The notes beneath the pieces are model-generated. The model was not told where the DNA came from and did no database searches. It saw nothing but the letters and a program-made list of their open reading frames with translations. 64,000 nucleotides of DNA from Anaerolineales bacterium UBA3905 (GTDB lineage Bacteria; Chloroflexota; Anaerolineae; Caldilineales; Caldilineaceae): the NCBI GenBank assembly GCA_002391565.1, contig DGFH01000301.1, forward strand, positions 8,122 to 72,121, written 5' to 3'. The position numbers and the translations under genes are program-made. Positions 19,383-30,705 of this stretch are shown piece after piece. Position 1 is the first letter of the stretch; every line of letters starts with the position of its first letter.

Positions 19383-21071
19383 ATGAACATTGATCCCATC
19401 TTTCGCTCACGGCGCAGCAACGTCCTGGCGACGCGGGGCATGGTAGCCACCAGCCAGCCCCTGGCGGCGCAGGCCGGCCTATCGATCTTGCAGGCCGGCG
19501 GCAACGCCGCGGACGCCGCCATCGCCACTGCTGCCATGCTCAACGTCGTCGAGCCGATCTCCACCGGCATTGGCGGCGACTGCTTTGCGCTCTACTTCGA
19601 CGCCGCCACCCGGCAGGTCACCGCATTGAACGGTTCAGGACGCGCACCAGCCGCCGCAGCGATCACGGCGCTCACCTCGCTTGGCTATACGAAAATGCCA
19701 ACCTTCACCGGTCACACTGTCAGCATCCCCGGCGCCGTCGCCGGTTGGAGTGACCTGCTGGCGCGCCATGGACGCATGACCCTGGCGGATGTGCTCCAGC
19801 CTGCCATCTGGACCGCCGAGCACGGTTATCCTGTTTCGGAGCTGATCGCGCTGGGCTGGCGCACGCAGGAGAAAAAACTGCGCCGCGACCCGGACTGGCT
19901 GAGCGGCGACATCGATAATGGCCCGCCCCAACCGAGCGGCTACGAGTTGCTCCTCGATGGCCGCGCCCCGCGCCCCGGCGAGATAATGCGCATACCCACC
20001 CTGGCGGAGACGCTGCGCGGCATCGCCGCCGAAGGTAAGGATTACATCTATCGCGGTGACTTCGCTCGCAAGCTGAGCGAGCATGTACAGCGCTACGGCG
20101 GCTGGATCACACCGGCGGACATGGCGGCGCACACCAGCACCTGGGACGAGCCGATCACCGCCGACTACCACGGCGTGCGCCTCTACGAATGTCCGCCCAA
20201 CGGCCAGGGACTGGCGGCGATCATCGCTCTGAACCTGGTTGCCGGCTACGACCTGGCTGCGCTGACGCCTGCCGACCGCCTCCACGTACTGATCGAGGCG
20301 ATGCGCCTGGCTTTCGCCGACGCTCAGCAGTGGGTGTGCGACCCGCGCGCCCACCCGATCCCGTTACAGGAATTGGCGAGCCGCGCCTACGCCGACCGGC
20401 GTCGCCAGCGCATCGACTTGCAGCGGGCGGCGCAGAACGCACCCTACGGCTCACCGCTGGCCGGATCAGACACCGTCTACCTGAGTGTTGTGGATGGCGA
20501 CGGCAACGCGTGCAGCTTCATCAACAGTCTCTACATGGGGACAGGCAGCGGGTTGGTGGCGCCGGGGACAGGGGTTAGCCTGCAAAACCGCGCCAACCTG
20601 TTCGTGCTCGATCCCGAACATCCCAACGCGCTGGCGCCCAACAAGCGTCCCTACCAGACGATCATCCCGGCGCTGACCACGTACACCGAAGGGGAGTTCG
20701 CTGGCGCGCTGCACGCCAGCTTTGGCGTGATGGGCGGCTACATGCAGCCGCAGGGTCATCTCCAGATGATGGTCAATTTGCTGGCGCTGGGCATGTCACC
20801 TCAACAGGCGCTCGACGCGCCGCGTTGGGCGTTGGCTGGCCCTGGCGATGGGCTGGGCGCCCACGATGAGGGAGGACTGGTTTTCATCGAAGAGGGGTGG
20901 GATTTTACCGTGCTGGCGGAGCTGGCCCGGCGCGGCCATCACCTGGCGCCGGTCACCGGCTTTGCGCGCAGTACTCTCGGCGGAGGACAGATCATCCTCC
21001 GTCATCCAGAAAATGGGGTCTTGACCGGCGGAAGTGATCCACGTAAGGATGGATGCGCCGTTGGTTGGTAG
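19383..21071 (+). CDS. ggt: Gamma-glutamyltransferase family protein (YwrD-like, cytoplasmic)
   Basis: GGNAADAAIA, TGIGGD, nucleophile DTVYL, SFINS, FGVMGG, GGSDPRKDG; no signal peptide. Confidence 0.9.
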   Translation: MNIDPIFRSRRSNVLATRGMVATSQPLAAQAGLSILQAGGNAADAAIATAAMLNVVEPISTGIGGDCFALYFDAATRQVTALNGSGRAPAAAAITALTSLGYTKMPTFTGHTVSIPGAVAGWSDLLARHGRMTLADVLQPAIWTAEHGYPVSELIALGWRTQEKKLRRDPDWLSGDIDNGPPQPSGYELLLDGRAPRPGEIMRIPTLAETLRGIAAEGKDYIYRGDFARKLSEHVQRYGGWITPADMAAHTSTWDEPITADYHGVRLYECPPNGQGLAAIIALNLVAGYDLAALTPADRLHVLIEAMRLAFADAQQWVCDPRAHPIPLQELASRAYADRRRQRIDLQRAAQNAPYGSPLAGSDTVYLSVVDGDGNACSFINSLYMGTGSGLVAPGTGVSLQNRANLFVLDPEHPNALAPNKRPYQTIIPALTTYTEGEFAGALHASFGVMGGYMQPQGHLQMMVNLLALGMSPQQALDAPRWALAGPGDGLGAHDEGGLVFIEEGWDFTVLAELARRGHHLAPVTGFARSTLGGGQIILRHPENGVLTGGSDPRKDGCAVGW

Positions 21072-21218
21072 CATCCCACAGCGCCCATAATACACTATTC
21101 CAAGCAACCAAACCCCAGGCATTCGACAGGTTTGCGCGACTCCTTTTGCGCCTAGAGTGGAGTACAGGCTTATTGCGTCCTGGAATCTCTATGTAAGGTA
21201 GCGAAAGGAGTCACGATC

Positions 21219-24200
21219 ATGTACCAGGGCTGGCATATCAACAAGGCCACGCGACCCGCCGTGCGTGTGCTCCTCAGCGTTCTCAGCGTTATAGTGCTGT
21301 TGATGGTGCAGAGCCTGCGGCCAATGCCGATTGCGCGCGCGGCGCAATTCACCGTCTCGAATCCTGACGATGCAGGGCCCGGCAGTCTGCGGCAGGCGTT
21401 GCTCGATGCCAACGCGGCGGCGGGCGCCGATGTCATTACCTTCAACCTTCCGGTCGGCGCCACGATTCTGCTGGCGTCCCCGTTGCCGCCTATCTATGAC
21501 GACCTGCTGGTGGCCGGGCCGGGCGCCGAGCAATTGACCATCTCCGGCAACCATCAATTCCGCATCTTTACCGTGTTGGGCGGCGCCGTCACAATTTCCG
21601 GCCTGACGCTGCGCGCGGGCACGGCGCAGGGCGGCGCCGGCGGCGCTGCGACGATGGCAGGCGGCGGCGGCGGCGGCGCAGGACTGGGCGGCGCACTGCT
21701 TGTCCATGCCGGCGCCGTCCATCTGATCGATGTGAATTTCGATGACAACCAGGCCATCGGCGGCGCGGGCGGCGGCGGTGGCTTTGGCACAGCCGGCGGC
21801 GGCGCTGGTGGCGGCGGCGCGGGCGGCGCCGGTGGCAATGGCAGCAATACGACCGCGTTTGGCGGCGGCGGTGGTGGCTTCCTGGGCAGCGGCGGCAGCG
21901 CAGGGGTGACTTTTGCGGGCGGTGGCGGCGGCTTCACCGGGCGCGGCGGCGGTCTGGAGGGCGCGGCGCAGGCCATCGGGGGCGGCGGCGCCAACAACGC
22001 GCCTGGCGCCGCCGGGGGTGGCAGTGGTAGTGCAGCAGGCAGTGGCGGCGGCGGCGGCAGCACCGGCATTCCCACCGCCTCAGCGGGCGCAGACGGCAAC
22101 AGCGGCGGCGGCGCCGGTGGCTTTGGCGGCGGCGGGGGTGGCGCAGCTGGCGATAGCGGCGGCGACGGCGGCGACTATGGCGGGGGCGGCGGCGGCGTCA
22201 ACACAGCAACGGCAGATAGCGGCGGCGACGGCGGCTTTGGCGGTGGGGGCGGCGGCGGCATCGACCAGGGCGGCATGGGTGGCTTTGGCGGCGGCGGAGG
22301 CGGCGCAGGCTACGGTGCAGGCGCTGGCGGCGGGACGCATGGCGGTGCAGGAATCGGCCCGAACGGTGGCGGCGGCGCCGGATTGGGCGGTGCGCTCTTC
22401 GTGCGCAGTGGGCGCGTGACCATGGCAAATGTCCGTTTCACTGGCAATAGCGCCATGGGCGGCGCAGGCGCCGGCAGCAGCGAACGCGGGCAGGGCAAAG
22501 GCGGTGCAATCTATGCGCTGGACGGCAGCACCCTCATCGGTGTAGACGGCGCCCCGTTCTTTGCCGACAACACGGCGCAAGACGCCGGCGGCGACGCGCA
22601 CGACAATGCCGATTGGTATGGCGCGATGAGCACAGTTGCTGGCAACGTAGCGGCCAAATCCGGCAGCGCACAGAGCGCCTTCGTCGGTGAAACCTTCGGC
22701 GCACCGCTGCAGGCCGAAATCACCATCGGCGGTGCAGCGGCGCCCTTTGCGCCGGTGCGCTTCACCGTGATTCCCAGCAACGGCGCCGGTGCGACCTTTC
22801 CCGGTGGCGCCACTGCCGTCGTGGTCTTTGCCGATGCCGCTGGCGTGGCGACGACGCCGCCGCTTACAGCCAATGGCAGCGTCGGCAGCTTTACGGTAAG
22901 TGCGGCGGTGGCTGGCGTCAACAGTGTCGGGCACTTTGTGTTGCTCAATCGTGGGCGGACGACGATGAGCGTCACCTCGGCGCCGTCGGAATCCGTTTTC
23001 GGTCAGGAAGTCGTCTTCACGGCGCAGGTGACGCCGACTGCACCCGCCACCGGTGCACCCGGCGGGATGATCCTGTTCAAGGATGGCGACGCCACATTGG
23101 GCACGGTGACGCTCGTTAACGGTGTTGCCACGCTACGCAGCCATGGGCTGGCGGTGGGCGACCATGCTGTGACGGCGCTCTATCTGGGCAGCTCGATCTT
23201 TGCGGCGAGTGAAGCGCCAGTCTACATCCATCGCGTGAACAAAGCCGACACGGCGACAATCCTGACGATCAACCCGGCGACGACTGTTTTTGGGCAGGCG
23301 CTGACCTTGAGCACCAGCGTGCACACCCAGGCGCCAGGAGCCGGCACGCCTGGCGGCATCGTTACCTTCCGGCAAGGCGACGCCGTACTAGGCAGCGTCA
23401 CCCTGGTCAACGGCGCCGCAACCTACAGCATCGGTGGGCTGGCGGTGGGCGCGCACAACATTACGGCGGAGTACGGTGGCAGTGTCCGCTACAACGGCAG
23501 CACCTCAGCCCCTGCCACCCACACGATCGACAAGGCGGCAACGACCACGACGTTGCAGATTGCACCTAACCCTGCCATCATCGGCGACACGGTGAGCTTC
23601 ACCGCGACGGTGACGGTCGGTGCGCCCGGCAGCGGCGCCCCGGATGGGCAGGTCATCTTTACAGATGGCGGTGCAGCGTTGGGCGTCAGCCCAGTCGTGA
23701 ACGGCGTGGCAACGCTCAACACGGCCACACTCGATGTCGGCAGCCACACGATTATGGCGCAGTATGCAGGTGGCAGCAATTTTGCCGCCAGCACGTCAGC
23801 ACCCGTCGCACAGGTCGTGAAGCGCAAGACGTTGGTCACGTTGAAGATTACACCCAATCCCGTCAAGGTCGATCAGGCTGTGATCATCGATGTACGCGTC
23901 CAGGACACACCGCCGGGAATCGATGTGCAGGCGGCAGGCGTCAACCTGGCGGCGCCCTCTGGGGCAGTTGAGATCGTCGATAGCGCAGGGGCAATCCTGG
24001 CGACGATACCGCTGCAAGAGGGAGCGGGCAGCATCACAACAACGCTGCCCGGCGGTGTGCATCAGCTGGTAGCGCGCTATCCCGGCGATGATCTTTACGG
24101 CGGTGGTGCGTCGCCCGTCGTGACTCAAAACGTCCAGCGGTATCGTAGCGTCACCACCCTGGGGCGATCCGCCAATAGCACCAGCCTGGGCCAGGCGCTG

Positions 24201-24467
24201 ATTTTGCGCGCCGAAGTCGTCGCCGACGACCCCACACGGGGACAGCCAACAGGCACGGTCGCTTTTCTAGTCGATGGCGTTGTCGTGGGGACCACCGAAC
24301 TGCAGGCCGGACAGGCGGCTATCACACTGAATACGCTTAGCTCAGGCGCGCACCTGGTGGCAGCCGAATATCAAGGCGACGCCCGCTTTAATCCCAGCGG
24401 TTCCAACCCGCTCTTCCATACCGTGGAGAGCAGCAGCTATCTCTATCTGCCCACCGTCGTGCGGTAG
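21219..24467 (+). CDS. Large secreted surface protein: Gly-rich passenger, Ig-like (Big_1, five Big_3_5-like) repeats, YLP tail
   Basis: Signal peptide ending ARAA; VSNPDDAGPGSLRQA; Gly-rich region; five Ig-like repeats; ends YLYLPTVVR. Confidence 0.85.
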   Translation: MYQGWHINKATRPAVRVLLSVLSVIVLLMVQSLRPMPIARAAQFTVSNPDDAGPGSLRQALLDANAAAGADVITFNLPVGATILLASPLPPIYDDLLVAGPGAEQLTISGNHQFRIFTVLGGAVTISGLTLRAGTAQGGAGGAATMAGGGGGGAGLGGALLVHAGAVHLIDVNFDDNQAIGGAGGGGGFGTAGGGAGGGGAGGAGGNGSNTTAFGGGGGGFLGSGGSAGVTFAGGGGGFTGRGGGLEGAAQAIGGGGANNAPGAAGGGSGSAAGSGGGGGSTGIPTASAGADGNSGGGAGGFGGGGGGAAGDSGGDGGDYGGGGGGVNTATADSGGDGGFGGGGGGGIDQGGMGGFGGGGGGAGYGAGAGGGTHGGAGIGPNGGGGAGLGGALFVRSGRVTMANVRFTGNSAMGGAGAGSSERGQGKGGAIYALDGSTLIGVDGAPFFADNTAQDAGGDAHDNADWYGAMSTVAGNVAAKSGSAQSAFVGETFGAPLQAEITIGGAAAPFAPVRFTVIPSNGAGATFPGGATAVVVFADAAGVATTPPLTANGSVGSFTVSAAVAGVNSVGHFVLLNRGRTTMSVTSAPSESVFGQEVVFTAQVTPTAPATGAPGGMILFKDGDATLGTVTLVNGVATLRSHGLAVGDHAVTALYLGSSIFAASEAPVYIHRVNKADTATILTINPATTVFGQALTLSTSVHTQAPGAGTPGGIVTFRQGDAVLGSVTLVNGAATYSIGGLAVGAHNITAEYGGSVRYNGSTSAPATHTIDKAATTTTLQIAPNPAIIGDTVSFTATVTVGAPGSGAPDGQVIFTDGGAALGVSPVVNGVATLNTATLDVGSHTIMAQYAGGSNFAASTSAPVAQVVKRKTLVTLKITPNPVKVDQAVIIDVRVQDTPPGIDVQAAGVNLAAPSGAVEIVDSAGAILATIPLQEGAGSITTTLPGGVHQLVARYPGDDLYGGGASPVVTQNVQRYRSVTTLGRSANSTSLGQALILRAEVVADDPTRGQPTGTVAFLVDGVVVGTTELQAGQAAITLNTLSSGAHLVAAEYQGDARFNPSGSNPLFHTVESSSYLYLPTVVR

Positions 24468-24643
24468 GCAGGCACATCGGTTAACAATCGGTTCATGGCA
24501 GACGACGGCCCGACGCCACGGCGCAGCGGGCCGTCGTTTACTTCTGGCGTTCTGCAATCTCTCTCTTTGCGTGAATTTGATGCGTCCTGAGTACAATAAG
24601 GCGCATTCAGCCGATTCGCCCGTGAGTTCAGGTACAAAGGTGT

Positions 24644-26047
<1,404 letters not shown>

Positions 26048-26065
26048 CACACACGCAGCCCTCTA

Positions 26066-26131
26066 TTATCTTCCCGGAAGCTTTGGAGCTTCCGGGAAGA
26101 TTGCGAGCAACATCACGCGACAACCTAGAAA
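26066..26131 (+). repeat. REP/MITE-like element, copy 1 (15-bp-arm palindrome plus 30-nt tail)
   Basis: ATCTTCCCGGAAGCT-TTGG-AGCTTCCGGGAAGAT then TGCGAGCAACATCACGCGACAACCTAGAAA; second copy at 30592-30657. Confidence 0.9.
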
Positions 26132-26223
26132 ACCAACAACGCAAAGCAATGTCGTCATTTCCGGTTGTTTTGCCCTGCGCGCCTCAGCGTCTTCGCGGCC
26201 TGGCGTCGGTGAGAGTCAAGCGC

Positions 26224-27237
26224 CTACGCGTCGTGCTCCTGTTCGGGCGTTACAACGCGCAACAACACGGCGTCTTCAGTTGCGCTAAGCTGATACTCAC
26301 CCAGTTCGGCAGGGAGCAGCACCCACTGCACGGCTGTGAGTGTTAACGGTGCGGCGTCGGAGGTAAGCATCGCCTCCCCCTGCAACACGGCCCAAATCTC
26401 AAAGGTGGAGCCATCGCACAAGCCGTAGAATTCGTGACCGGCGGGCAGGAAGATGCGTTCCGTCTCGAAATAGGGACAGGTCACCAGACGCTCGATGCGC
26501 ACCCCCTCTTCATCGAGCAGGAGCGTTGGTTTTGTCGGTTCAGGCGCCACCAGGTCGAAGTTGAGCACGTCGAGCGATTTTTCCAGATGCAACGGGCGCG
26601 GGCGACCCCAATCCCAGATGCGATAGGTTGTATCGCTGTTCTGCTGAATCTCGGCAACCATGATGCCCGGTCCCAGCGCGTGAATCGTGCCTGCCGGGAC
26701 GAAGATCACATCTCCCGGCTTGACCGCCACGCGGTGCAGCCCGTCCACGCTGGCATCCGCACCAATGATCGCGGCGTAGCGCTCACGCGTCATGCCGGGC
26801 GCAAAGCCGTAGATCAGCTCGGCGCCCGGCTCGGCGTGCAGCACCACCCACATCTCGGTCTTGCCCAGTTCGCCTTCGTGCGCCATGCCATAGGCGTCGT
26901 CGGGATGCACCTGGATCGAGAGCCAGCGGTTGGCGTCGAGGATTTTGATCAACAGCGGAAACTTGCCCGCCGTCAGCGAAGCCGCGTTGCGTTCGCCGAG
27001 CAGCGCTTCACCCAACAGTTCCTGCACTTCGGGCAGCGTCTTGCCCTTGAGCGGCCCGGTGTTGACCACGCTCGATCCGTTCGGGTGCGCAGCGATCTCC
27101 CAGCTCTCCGCCACGATGCCATCCGGGATCGTGCGCCCCAGTTTTGTCTCCAAATTGCGACCACCCCACGGGTAATCCTTGAAGACCGGGTCAAAGGTCA
27201 GCGGATAGATCATGTCACTGGTTACGCCGTCGCTCAT
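26224..27237 (-). CDS. manA: Mannose-6-phosphate isomerase, type I
   Basis: PWGG, ESWE, FPLLIKILDA, LSIQVHP, GKTEMW, GTIHA, EIQQNSDTTYR; GAGGGA RBS before ATG 27237. Confidence 0.9.
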   Translation of the reverse strand: MSDGVTSDMIYPLTFDPVFKDYPWGGRNLETKLGRTIPDGIVAESWEIAAHPNGSSVVNTGPLKGKTLPEVQELLGEALLGERNAASLTAGKFPLLIKILDANRWLSIQVHPDDAYGMAHEGELGKTEMWVVLHAEPGAELIYGFAPGMTRERYAAIIGADASVDGLHRVAVKPGDVIFVPAGTIHALGPGIMVAEIQQNSDTTYRIWDWGRPRPLHLEKSLDVLNFDLVAPEPTKPTLLLDEEGVRIERLVTCPYFETERIFLPAGHEFYGLCDGSTFEIWAVLQGEAMLTSDAAPLTLTAVQWVLLPAELGEYQLSATEDAVLLRVVTPEQEHDA

Positions 27238-27386
27238 GGTAATTTGTCCCTCAACCTGGTTTTGCACACTCCAATCGTGGTTGCTGTCGGCAACAGAAGA
27301 AGTATGCCACAAAGGGATCAATCCCATGATACGCAAAGATGTTGCGATTGGCGCTAAGGAGTCCTTTCAGGGCGATGTCATCATCT

Positions 27387-29090
27387 TTACTGGAGTGTTG
27401 GATGGCGCAGAAAATCCAGGTCGGCGCCCAGGTTCGCTTGCTGGCAGTGACGCAAATAGAGCGCTTCATAGCCGCGCAATGCTGAGGCGGCTGGCGGTGA
27501 GAATTCCGCACGGCGTCGCGCCAGCTCGGCATCTGATACGCGCAAGGTAAGTTCACGGCGGTCGCTGTTAAGTTCAATCAAATCGCCAGTGCGGACGAGC
27601 GCAAGCGGGCCTCCCACCGCCGCTTCTGGCGCGACATGCAGTACAACAGTGCCAAAGGCCGTGCCACTCATGCGCGCGTCAGAGATGCGCACCATATCGG
27701 TGACGCCAGCAGCCGCCAGCTTCTTGGGGATCGGCAGGTAACCGGCCTCTGGCATCCCCGGCCCACCCAGTGGGCCCGCGTTTTGCAGCACCAGAAAATC
27801 GTCGGGGGTTACGTCCAACTCTGGGCTGTCGATGCGCGCGGCGATGTCCGCCAGGGAAGTGAAGACGACGGCGCGCCCCACCTTGTTGAGCAAGGCAGGC
27901 GTCGCCGCGCCGCGTTTGAGCAGCGCGCCGTCCGGCGCCAGGTTTCCCTTGAGCACGATCAGCCCGCCTTTGGGTTGAAGTGGCGCAGAAGCCGGGTAAA
28001 TCACCTGTTGCCAGGTTGGGAAGGTGTAAGGTTCGTCCAGCAGTTCGCCCAGCGTCTGCCCGGTGACGGTCAACACATCCAGGTGTAAAAGATGCTTGAT
28101 CTCGTTCAGCACGACGCGCATGCCACCGGCGCGGTGGAAATCTTCCATATAACCCGATCCGGTGGGCTTCAAGTCGACCAGCACCGGCGTTGTATCTGCA
28201 ATCTCGTTCAGACGTTGGAGGTCGAGTTTGACGCCCAGGCGCCCGGCGATTGCCGTCAGGTGAATGATGGCATTGGTGGAACCGCCAATCGCCTGCAACA
28301 CGTATAAGGCATTTTCAAACGCGGCGGGCGTCATGATTTTGTCTGGCGTCAAGCCTAGGCGAAGCAACGTCATCGCCTGTTTGCCCGATTCCTCGGCATT
28401 GCGCATACGGTCGGCATAGACGGCGGGAATCGACGCGCCGCCCGGCAGCATCATGCCAAGCGCCTCGACGACGCAGGCCATTGTACTGGCGGTGCCCATG
28501 ACGCTGCAGGTGCCCGGCGTCGGGGCAAGCTGACCCTCCACGGTGTCGATGGCGACCTGGTCGATCTCGTTGCGTCGAAAGCGCGCCCAGAAGCGCCGAC
28601 AATCTGTACACGCACCCAGTCGTTCACCTTGATACTGACTGGTCAGCATCGGCCCGGCTGCAACGACAATGGCGGGCAAGCCAGCGCTGGCCGCCCCCAT
28701 GAGCAGGGCAGGCAGCGTCTTGTCGCAGCCGCCTGTCAACACGACTGCGTCGAGTGGTTGGGCGCGCAGCATCGACTCCACATCCATCGCCATCAAGTTG
28801 CGATAGAGCATACTGGTGGGTGAGAGAAATACTTCACCCAACGAAATGGTGGGAAATTCCAGCGGCAGCCCGCCTGCCTGCCAGACTCCACGTTTGACAG
28901 CATCCACCAACTGCGGAAAGTGGCGATGACAATTGTTGAGTTCGCTGTAGGTGTTGAGAATCCCTACAATCGGCTTGCGCAACGCTTCGCTGCTGAAACC
29001 CATTGCCCGTGCAAATGAACGGCGCAAGTAAAGGGCGAACTCCCGATCTCCGTACTCAGTCAGATTATTGGCCAGGCCGTGCGCGGTCAT
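27387..29090 (-). CDS. IlvD/Edd family dehydratase (sugar-acid dehydratase-like)
   Basis: NNCH, GGCDKT, GTCSVMGTASTM, GGSTNA, SDARMSGT, HVAPEAAVGGP. Confidence 0.9.
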   Translation of the reverse strand: MTAHGLANNLTEYGDREFALYLRRSFARAMGFSSEALRKPIVGILNTYSELNNCHRHFPQLVDAVKRGVWQAGGLPLEFPTISLGEVFLSPTSMLYRNLMAMDVESMLRAQPLDAVVLTGGCDKTLPALLMGAASAGLPAIVVAAGPMLTSQYQGERLGACTDCRRFWARFRRNEIDQVAIDTVEGQLAPTPGTCSVMGTASTMACVVEALGMMLPGGASIPAVYADRMRNAEESGKQAMTLLRLGLTPDKIMTPAAFENALYVLQAIGGSTNAIIHLTAIAGRLGVKLDLQRLNEIADTTPVLVDLKPTGSGYMEDFHRAGGMRVVLNEIKHLLHLDVLTVTGQTLGELLDEPYTFPTWQQVIYPASAPLQPKGGLIVLKGNLAPDGALLKRGAATPALLNKVGRAVVFTSLADIAARIDSPELDVTPDDFLVLQNAGPLGGPGMPEAGYLPIPKKLAAAGVTDMVRISDARMSGTAFGTVVLHVAPEAAVGGPLALVRTGDLIELNSDRRELTLRVSDAELARRRAEFSPPAASALRGYEALYLRHCQQANLGADLDFLRHPTLQ

Positions 29091-29100
29091 GCGTTTTCCG

Positions 29101-30537
29101 TTACCCTTCGATGGCCATGGAAACGAACTTAATTTCCATGTATTCATGCAGACCTTCCTGCGCGCCCTCGCGCCCGAAGCCGCTCTGTTTGACGCCGCCA
29201 AAGGGCGCCTCGGCGGTGGCAGGCGTCATGTCATTGACGCCAATGATGCCAAACTTCAGGCCTTCATAGGCGCGAATCGCCGTCCGCAGGTCGTTGGTGA
29301 GCACATAAGCCGCCAGTCCATAGGGCGTGTTGTTTGCCTGCGCCAATGCCGATGCCATGTCATCGAATGAATTGAGCAGCATCACCGGGCCAAAGGTCTC
29401 TTCCTGCATCACGCGCATCTGCGGCGCCAGATTGGTTAGCAACGTTGGGGCATAGAAGAAACCGCGCGCTCTGCCTGGCGGCGGCGCGCCGCCAGTGAGC
29501 ACCTGCGCTCCCCGCTCAACCGCATCGGCCACAAAATCGGCAATGCGCGTACGCGCGGCGGCAGAGACCAGCGGGCCGGTCGTCACCTGCGGGTCTAACC
29601 CAGGCCCCACCACCAGATTCTCAACAATCGCCCGGCTGGCGGCAATGAAGTCATCTTCGATCGCCCGATGCACATAGAAGCGACTCGGCGAAATGCAGAC
29701 CTGGCCGTTGTTACGGAACTTGGCGGCGACAGCAATTTTGGCGACCGCCTCCACGTCCACGTCGGGAAAGACAAGGACGGGCGCGCTGCCGCCCAGTTCA
29801 AGTGAGAGGCGTTTGATGCCCTCGGCAGCGTTGCGCATGAGCAGCCTGCCAACTGCCTGCGACCCGGTAAAGGAGAGCTTGTCCACCTGCGGCGAACGCA
29901 GGAAGACTTCGCCGATCGGTGCAGGCTGACCGTTGACCAGATTGAGCACACCAGGCGGCATTCCTGCCTCCTCGAGCAGGTTGACCAGCGCCATTGCGCT
30001 CATCGGCGTCAACTCGCTGGGGCGCGCCACAACCGTGCAGCCGGCAGCCAGCGCCCCCGACCATTTGCGCGCAGGCAAGTAGGCCGGGAAATTCCAGGCG
30101 GTAATCGTGGCAACGACGCCAACGGGCATGGGAATGGCAAGCAGCCGCTTGTGGCCGCGGCGGGGCGGAATGGTGCGGCCGTAGGCGCGCTTGCCTTCCT
30201 CGGCAAACCAGTCGAAAAGGTCGGCGCACGCTGTCCACTCGCCGCGCGCCTCGGCCAGGGGCTTGCCACATTCGCGCGTCATGATCGGCGCCAGCTCATC
30301 CAGCCGACTGTAGATCAGATCGGCGACGCGCCGCAGGATGGCGCCGCGTTCGTAGGCGGTCATCGCCGCCCACTTTGGCTGCGCCGCTGCTGCTGCTGCA
30401 ATTGCAGCCTCGGCGTCAGCGGCATCGCCAAAGGGCACGTCCAGAATCGCGGCTTCCGTAGCCGGATCGATCACGGTCCAGGTTGCACCACTCTGGGCGT
30501 CCACCCACCGACCATTGATATATTGTTTGTAGTTCAT
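29101..30537 (-). CDS. NAD(P)-dependent aldehyde dehydrogenase (GabD/SSADH-like)
   Basis: ITAWNFP, SFTGS, LELGG, GQVC, EETFGP, FGGVKQSGFGRE; start may be 30537 or 30558. Confidence 0.92.
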   Translation of the reverse strand: MNYKQYINGRWVDAQSGATWTVIDPATEAAILDVPFGDAADAEAAIAAAAAAQPKWAAMTAYERGAILRRVADLIYSRLDELAPIMTRECGKPLAEARGEWTACADLFDWFAEEGKRAYGRTIPPRRGHKRLLAIPMPVGVVATITAWNFPAYLPARKWSGALAAGCTVVARPSELTPMSAMALVNLLEEAGMPPGVLNLVNGQPAPIGEVFLRSPQVDKLSFTGSQAVGRLLMRNAAEGIKRLSLELGGSAPVLVFPDVDVEAVAKIAVAAKFRNNGQVCISPSRFYVHRAIEDDFIAASRAIVENLVVGPGLDPQVTTGPLVSAAARTRIADFVADAVERGAQVLTGGAPPPGRARGFFYAPTLLTNLAPQMRVMQEETFGPVMLLNSFDDMASALAQANNTPYGLAAYVLTNDLRTAIRAYEGLKFGIIGVNDMTPATAEAPFGGVKQSGFGREGAQEGLHEYMEIKFVSMAIEG

Positions 30538-30591
30538 GACCAGACTCTCTTTTTCCATTGGCAGCACGCGCCAGCTTCAGAAAGATATCGA

Positions 30592-30657
30592 TTTCTAGGT
30601 TGTCACGTGATATTGCTCGCAATCTTCCCGGAAGCTTTGGAGCTTCCGGGAAGATAA
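30592..30657 (-). repeat. REP/MITE-like element, copy 2 (inverted relative to copy 1)
   Basis: Same 15-bp-arm palindrome at 30622-30655; tail reverse-complement matches copy 1 at 28 of 30 nt. Confidence 0.9.
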
Positions 30658-30705
30658 ACAGTTAACCTAGCGGTCAGTAGTATATGCTGTGCAACGTGGC
30701 ATCCA

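Noticed and set aside
21030-21050. GATCCACGTAAG resembling part of the raiA RNA motif
   Set aside because: It lies within the GGT coding motif SDPRKDG; other raiA elements are absent
21554-22934. Long Pro/Ala-rich antisense ORFs over the Gly-rich region
   Set aside because: Shadow frames of GGC-rich codons
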